Below are positions 59,474 through 64,000 of a stretch of DNA of 64,000 nt, one piece after another. A model generated the notes under the pieces. It did no database searches and had not been told where the DNA came from. It saw only the letters and a program-made list of their open reading frames with translations. The position numbers and the translations under genes are program-made. Source of the DNA: an uncultured Nitrososphaerota archaeon (lineage in GTDB: Archaea; Thermoproteota; Nitrososphaeria; Nitrososphaerales; CADDZS01); the NCBI GenBank assembly GCA_963799845.1, contig CAWCYI010000006.1, positions 1,120,001 through 1,184,000 of the forward strand, read 5' to 3'. The first letter of the stretch is position 1; every line of letters starts with the position of its first letter.

Positions 59474-60469
59474 CTATCGAGATTCGTTACCGAACGATTC
59501 AATTTCTTCAAGCGGCAGTATCTGACGTGGCTCGTGCACGACCAATCCCTGGGACAGTTTCCTCAGAGTAGGCACCGCCTTGATCAAGTACTCCTTGTCG
59601 ATTATCGTATTGACCGAGTACCAGTTTTCGTCTGACAGCTTGCTGATGGTCGGATTCTTCAGGGCAGGCAGCGTCTTTAGTAATTTTTCGAGATTGTTTT
59701 TGTGGACGTTCACGAAAATGTGGAGCTTCTTGGAACCTTCAACAGCCCCCCTCAGCATTGACATTATGTCCAGAATCTTTTCTCGCTTTTGGGGATCCTC
59801 GAGCGCTTCGGGCGACCCAACCAGATGCGCGGTTGAATGCAGTAGGGTCTCGATCGGCACCAGACCGTTCTGTTCAAGAGTAGTTCCAGTTTCGACGACG
59901 TCCATTATCGCATCCGCGTCCTCGGGCGGCTTCGCCTCGGTCGCCCCGAATGACAAGTAAATACACGCTAGATCGTTGTCGCCCTTCGTCCACCAGGGAG
60001 TAATTTGCTTGGGAGTCTTCTTTCCAAAGAATTCGGAATAGAAGGGAAGGGACGTGAGATAGTTAGAAGCGATGTTCAGGTACTCCGTTGAAATCCTCAG
60101 TTTCTTGGAATTATTCCAGTAGCTCTTGCAAATTTCCGGGAAGCTTTTGACAGCCATAGGCTTCGGGACAGCCATGACAAGATTGACCGCGCCGTATTCA
60201 AGGTCAAGCAGGTTTACGATGTTTGCCCCTGTTTCTTTGATCCAGTCAGAACCCGTGATTCCAAGGTCCTGATCGTCCTCGGCTACAAACTGGGATATTT
60301 CCTGAGGACGAAGTATTTTGACCTCTATTTCCGAATCGTTGATCTTCGGGCGGTAAGTCCTGTCCTGGCCCCTGATTTTGTACCCGGCTCTTTCAAAGAA
60401 GGCAAAAGTTGCTTTCTCCAGCGAACCCTTTGGTAGGGCGAGTTTGATCAGCTTTCCGTCTGAACTCAT
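59474..60469 (-). CDS. hisG: ATP phosphoribosyltransferase (long form)
   Basis: ALPKGSL, LRPQEI, DLGITGSDW, SFGATE, DVVETGTTL, C-terminal regulatory domain. Confidence 0.97.
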   Translation of the reverse strand: MSSDGKLIKLALPKGSLEKATFAFFERAGYKIRGQDRTYRPKINDSEIEVKILRPQEISQFVAEDDQDLGITGSDWIKETGANIVNLLDLEYGAVNLVMAVPKPMAVKSFPEICKSYWNNSKKLRISTEYLNIASNYLTSLPFYSEFFGKKTPKQITPWWTKGDNDLACIYLSFGATEAKPPEDADAIMDVVETGTTLEQNGLVPIETLLHSTAHLVGSPEALEDPQKREKILDIMSMLRGAVEGSKKLHIFVNVHKNNLEKLLKTLPALKNPTISKLSDENWYSVNTIIDKEYLIKAVPTLRKLSQGLVVHEPRQILPLEEIESFGNESR

Positions 60470-60674
60470 TTACTTTTCCCTCCCATGTTTCGAATGAGAT
60501 TTTTGGAAGGACAGAAAAGATTCTGGTACGCGATTGAGCTATTCAGGAGGACGAAGGTTAGGAGTGAGGATTTGGTTCGCTTTTTACTCAAGCGATTGAT
60601 GAAGGCAAACACCGTCGATGAAGACAGTCACCTTTGGACAACATTTTCCACCAAAACTCTTCGTAGAAAATACA

Positions 60675-60682
60675 CTATTAAA
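60675..60682 (-). promoter_or_regulatory. Putative TATA box of his operon
   Basis: TTTAATAG on the minus strand preceded by CCGAAACAA, about 205 bp upstream of hisG. Confidence 0.35.
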
Positions 60683-60725
60683 CATTGTTTCGGCGTTGTA
60701 GTAAAAGTTCCGCGATTCCCGCGAA

Positions 60726-61370
60726 CTAGCTTGAAAAATCAATGCCAAATTCATAGACATTCATTGTAGTTTCTTCGTTTGTGATTGTGAAATACATTGA
60801 CCCACCCGATGCAATGTTTCCGGTGTAATTTATTCTTGTTCCAGATTCGGTGAAAACTGTTGTGCCGTTTTCCACGATTACTATGGAAACGCTCTGACTT
60901 GCGTTAATGGAGACCACATATTGACCCACCAGCTGGGGCGAACTGAATGCTGAACCCAATACGTTTTGCTTTATCGATTGATTTGGTTGAAGGTTGGCAG
61001 AGCATTCGAAGTAGATTGAATTGATGAAGGTGATATTGTCATCATAATTATTGACAAAACAAAGGTTGCTAACGGATGATTTCGAAACGGTCGTTTCTGT
61101 TGAAGTAGACATAGATGAAGTAGATGTCGCGGTTGTAACAGTAGCCGAACTAGTAGCTGAGCCCGTAGCCGAACTCGATGTCAAACTGCTAGCCGAACTT
61201 GATGTTGAACCACTCAGACTGGATGAAGTCGCAGGAAGTGTAGTCGTTGAGCTAATGCTCGTTTGACCACCGACGTGAGAATTTTGAAGAGCAAGATAAG
61301 TGCCCACTGTCGCGATAACTATGATCACTACCACAATAATTGTCTTTGTTTTAGTTATCAGGGCGACCAT
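60726..61370 (-). CDS. Hypothetical membrane-anchored surface protein with Ser/Thr linker
   Basis: N-terminal hydrophobic anchor, long S/T tract, beta-rich C-terminal domain. Confidence 0.7.
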   Translation of the reverse strand: MVALITKTKTIIVVVIIVIATVGTYLALQNSHVGGQTSISSTTTLPATSSSLSGSTSSSASSLTSSSATGSATSSATVTTATSTSSMSTSTETTVSKSSVSNLCFVNNYDDNITFINSIYFECSANLQPNQSIKQNVLGSAFSSPQLVGQYVVSINASQSVSIVIVENGTTVFTESGTRINYTGNIASGGSMYFTITNEETTMNVYEFGIDFSS

Positions 61371-61453
61371 TTCCTACGTATACTGTCGGCTTGTATTTTT
61401 GATTCAGCCCCTACAAGCGCTGGCTGGAGCCTTGAACTTTTTCCGATGAAGTC

Positions 61454-61775
61454 TCATTGTTCTTTAAAGTGCGAGCTAAGGTACTCTAGGTCGTCCTCAA
61501 GTCGCCTGTGATTCTCTTTATGGCTCTTGTTCATCACAACCAAAGCGTTGATCTTCTCCACAACCTCTGCATATCCGTATTCATGGACTGCCTTGTTCAG
61601 CGCATCCCTTCTCTTAAGCTGCCCCTCTTCGACCCTGTAGCCCTGTTGTATAAGCGATCCTGCGTGCTTGATTCCAGAGCTAGGATAATCATGATGGCGG
61701 TCTTCCTTCCTCTTCGATCTTTCAGCCTGCCTCTTCTCTCAGCTCCGTCCTGGAATCTCTCTCCTCTTTGCTCAT
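61454..61775 (-). CDS. Small DUF5771-like protein, split by one extra base at about 61740; not in the ORF track
   Basis: Removing one base gives a 106-aa ORF: MSKEERDSRTELEKRQ...GSLIQQGYRVEEGQLKRRDALNKAVHEYGYAEVVEKINALVVMNK...DDLEYLSSHFKEQ*. Confidence 0.65.
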
Positions 61776-62149
61776 GGATAGCTACTCTCCGGTTGTGAGT
61801 CTCTTGCCAAAAGCCTGTCTGACGTTATTGTTTGGAGCCTCAACTTCTCCACTGGGAAGATGAAGATGGGAACCGTATTTAGACCTTCATTTAGGCAGTG
61901 TCCTGTTTCGTCACCGGTTGGTGGTTACTCTACGGCTCAAGGACGATCTACCAATCAGGGAGTCAAATTTTGGCTATGCAGCTACGGCGTACCATACGAC
62001 ACCATGAGAATACCATCTGCAGTTATATCCTCGTATTTCCAACTTACTCTGCCGTTATCTAATTTCGTTTCATTCACTTTAAGATTCATATAGCTCCCGC
62101 TGCTTCGCTGCTTTAGATCAGTTCACATTGAAGCGTTCTTGATTCGACA

Positions 62150-62878
62150 CTATTTCTTTTGCAGCCCGTCATCAAACTTGATGCTTGCATGGCTTCCGTT
62201 GCAAAAAGGTTTGTTAACGGAGACGCCGCACCGACACAGGGTCACTCTGTTTCTCCTTTCGTACGGGACGCCATCATGCGACTCGAGGGTTATTCCTCCA
62301 CGAACCCAGAGGGGCCCGCTGCAACCAAGCGCAGGATCTTCAACGATGCCAATAGATGGGTTAAGGGGATTTTCGATTGCCTTGTCAGTCTTCTTGTCGT
62401 AAACGACCAAGCGTCCGGCTGGGCAGTGATTTGCTTCTCGTATTGCGAGTTCGCGTGCTTCGGAACCGTCCTGCTCGATTACATTCCAGATCTTGCCTTG
62501 AGGATCGCAGAACCGAGCAAATGCGCAAAGATCTTCTACATCGCTCAACTCCAATGTCGGTCCATCAAAAGTTTCGGCCTGTCTGGCATAGGGGACGCGG
62601 CTCGCAGTTTCCTTTCCATTGAAACCAATCTCAGAGTGAGTGCCATCACAGAAAGGAATGTTTTTTGAATGACCGCAGCGGCAAAGTTTGTAAGTACCTT
62701 TTGTCTCGAACTTTCTGCCTTCAATCCAGTCCCAGGAAAAACCCTCCTTGTTGGGCGTTATGACCTGGATGCTTAGAGGCACATCACCAGAGACGACGTA
62801 GGGCCCATTCTTGCTTACTACAATTTTCATTTTTCCATTAGGTTCAGGCATGCCAGGAGCAGAGGTTACAGATCGCAA
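62150..62878 (-). CDS. CDGSH iron-sulfur domain protein with internal ferredoxin-like domain
   Basis: LCRCGHSKNIPFCDGTH and LCRCGVSVNKPFCNGSH, flanking CAFARFC...CPAGRL. Confidence 0.9.
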   Translation of the reverse strand: MRSVTSAPGMPEPNGKMKIVVSKNGPYVVSGDVPLSIQVITPNKEGFSWDWIEGRKFETKGTYKLCRCGHSKNIPFCDGTHSEIGFNGKETASRVPYARQAETFDGPTLELSDVEDLCAFARFCDPQGKIWNVIEQDGSEARELAIREANHCPAGRLVVYDKKTDKAIENPLNPSIGIVEDPALGCSGPLWVRGGITLESHDGVPYERRNRVTLCRCGVSVNKPFCNGSHASIKFDDGLQKK

Positions 62879-62976
62879 ATAAAGTAAATGTTAGCTGGAT
62901 ACACATGCTTGCATTCGAATTGAAGACGTTTCCAGAGCTACTTCCACAGTAAGATCTTCAAAAATTATCTTTTGAA

Positions 62977-63278
62977 CTATTGTTTCTGCAGTCCAACATT
63001 GAACAGCAGTTCGTAAGTCCCATCATTCTTCCTTTCTTTTTTCCAGTTTAGTTCATTTATTTTGTAAAGTCCTTTCAGTGCGGTTCCATCATCCGTCAAA
63101 ATTTCAATTTCCTCCGTGTGACCTTCTCTCAGCTTGTACAAATCTTCTTCAGTCTGCTTGAGATCTTTCTCGGATTGTATGCGACCCCTGATCCGATCGA
63201 GCCGCCAGCGTAAGATGTGATCGTATACTGAGCCTGCTCGCTCCTTGCAAACACGACGTTACCGATTTTGACAAACAT
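62977..63278 (-). CDS. Hypothetical protein of about 100 aa, split by one missing base at about 63202; not in the ORF track
   Basis: MFVKIGNVVFARSEQAQYTITSYAG joins LDRIRGRIQSEKDLKQ...GLYKINELNW...LFNVGLQKQ* with one added base. Confidence 0.55.
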
Positions 63279-63323
63279 TCCCGATCGAACTGGATGAAAT
63301 TTGCACGAATAGAGTGCAGCGAT

Positions 63324-63593
63324 CTACCTTGTGATTACGGCAATTATCTTTCCATTGGCATTGTCCCTTACGTTGATCTGTTGCGGATGAACCGCAAACA
63401 CAACGAAACCCAGACAATCGACGAGCTCTTGCGTTACTCCAGAAGCCGACTTTCCCGCGCTACCCGCCGAAATCATCGCATCCATCGCTTTCCTTGTCTT
63501 CGGTACTCCGTTCTTCGATATTTCCCGCACTACATCTGGCTCGTTGTAGAATCTTGCTCTTTGAGCAATGTCCGCTTCTTTGTTGTTTGACAT
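63324..63593 (-). CDS. Hypothetical protein
   Basis: 89-aa ATG ORF co-directional with neighbours; TTTATA about 37-42 bp upstream. Confidence 0.5.
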   Translation of the reverse strand: MSNNKEADIAQRARFYNEPDVVREISKNGVPKTRKAMDAMISAGSAGKSASGVTQELVDCLGFVVFAVHPQQINVRDNANGKIIAVITR

Positions 63594-63720
63594 AATACTT
63601 GACTAACCGTTTTCTGGATATCGCGAGATATAAACCACAATGGCGACGTGACGAGTGATAGCTCTGCTTTCTCTAGAAGGCCTTGCGAATTGCAAAAGTG
63701 GAACGGCGCGAACGGTAGGG

Positions 63721-64000
63721 CTAACGATAGTATGAAACCGCAACCCTTTCCGGCGGTTTGCCATCTCGCGATGACCGAACTTTCCTTATTGCATCCTCGA
63801 AGTGTTTCATGTTCACGATTGCTTCCGAGACGTGTTTTTTGGCGTCCTCAGGCTTTGGATAAGCCGAGATGAATTCCTGGAGAACGAGCGATACAGCAGT
63901 ATTGACCACGGTAGTAATGTCTGCACCGCTCAATCCATCTGTCAGCTCGGCAAGCCTATCTCAGCTCCATGCCTGCTACGATCTGCTTACCTTGCGTGTG
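63721..64000 (-). CDS. cdc48: CDC48/VCP AAA ATPase, C-terminal fragment (one extra base at about 63962)
   Basis: HTQGKQIVAGMEL/DRLAELTDGLSGADI...HFEDAIRKVR, ending in a penultimate-Tyr tail (YYR); runs off the window edge. Confidence 0.8.

Noticed and set aside
60485-60769. 94-aa plus-strand ORF, or a classical His-rich attenuator peptide upstream of hisG
   Set aside because: The ORF has no family signal and overlaps the next gene, and no His-codon run exists in the minus-strand frames examined.
61800-62093. ORF 61860..62093 (+) and a short minus-strand frame (MNLKVNETKLDNGRVSW...) stopping at a TAGCT
   Set aside because: No recognisable motif, and I found no single-base repair that yields a convincing longer ORF.
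40865-63966. Programmed ribosomal +1 frameshifting at the shared AGCTGA motif
   Set aside because: The motif falls in different codon phases (GAA GCT GA versus GAG CTG A) in unrelated genes, with no shared stimulatory structure; a DNA-level explanation fits better.
1-64000. tRNA, rRNA, transposases, integrases, CRISPR arrays
   Set aside because: None recognised by eye in intergenic regions or ORFs; a covariance-model search was not possible.

Overview
Archaeal chromosomal window, probably a non-ammonia-oxidising Nitrososphaerota (Thaumarchaeota) lineage. This is inferred from a long HisG with an internal insertion, a CDC48 C-terminus ending ...VAVSYYR, TATA-type promoters, frequent TTG starts and Ser/Thr-linker-anchored binding proteins. 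About 1-52 kb is a carbohydrate/sugar-acid catabolic island: three family-5 ABC binding proteins, a Dpp/Opp-type transporter, GH78, GH2, three GH4 paralogues, two uncharacterised TIM-barrel glycosidase-like proteins, three Gfo/Idh/MocA and three luciferase-like (probably F420) oxidoreductases, enolase-family dehydratases, a DHDPS-family enzyme, an ALDH, a Mo-hydroxylase large subunit and a P450. No sugar kinase is present. An aprM-aprB-aprA (APS reductase, sulfur-oxidiser lineage I type) cassette sits co-directionally among the sugar oxidoreductases, with no sat, dsr or qmo in the window. The rest holds bioY, a hisGDCBHAFI operon, small hypotheticals and the 3' end of cdc48. Manual re-reading found eight broken reading frames; repairing them also reveals three genes missing from the ORF track. 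Four breaks are the identical one-base excess AGCT(G)A and three more are repaired at or by restoring an AGCT, which suggests a base-modification-induced sequencing error rather than real pseudogenes. No rRNA, tRNA, CRISPR array or transposase was recognised. All family assignments are from motif recognition, not database searches.
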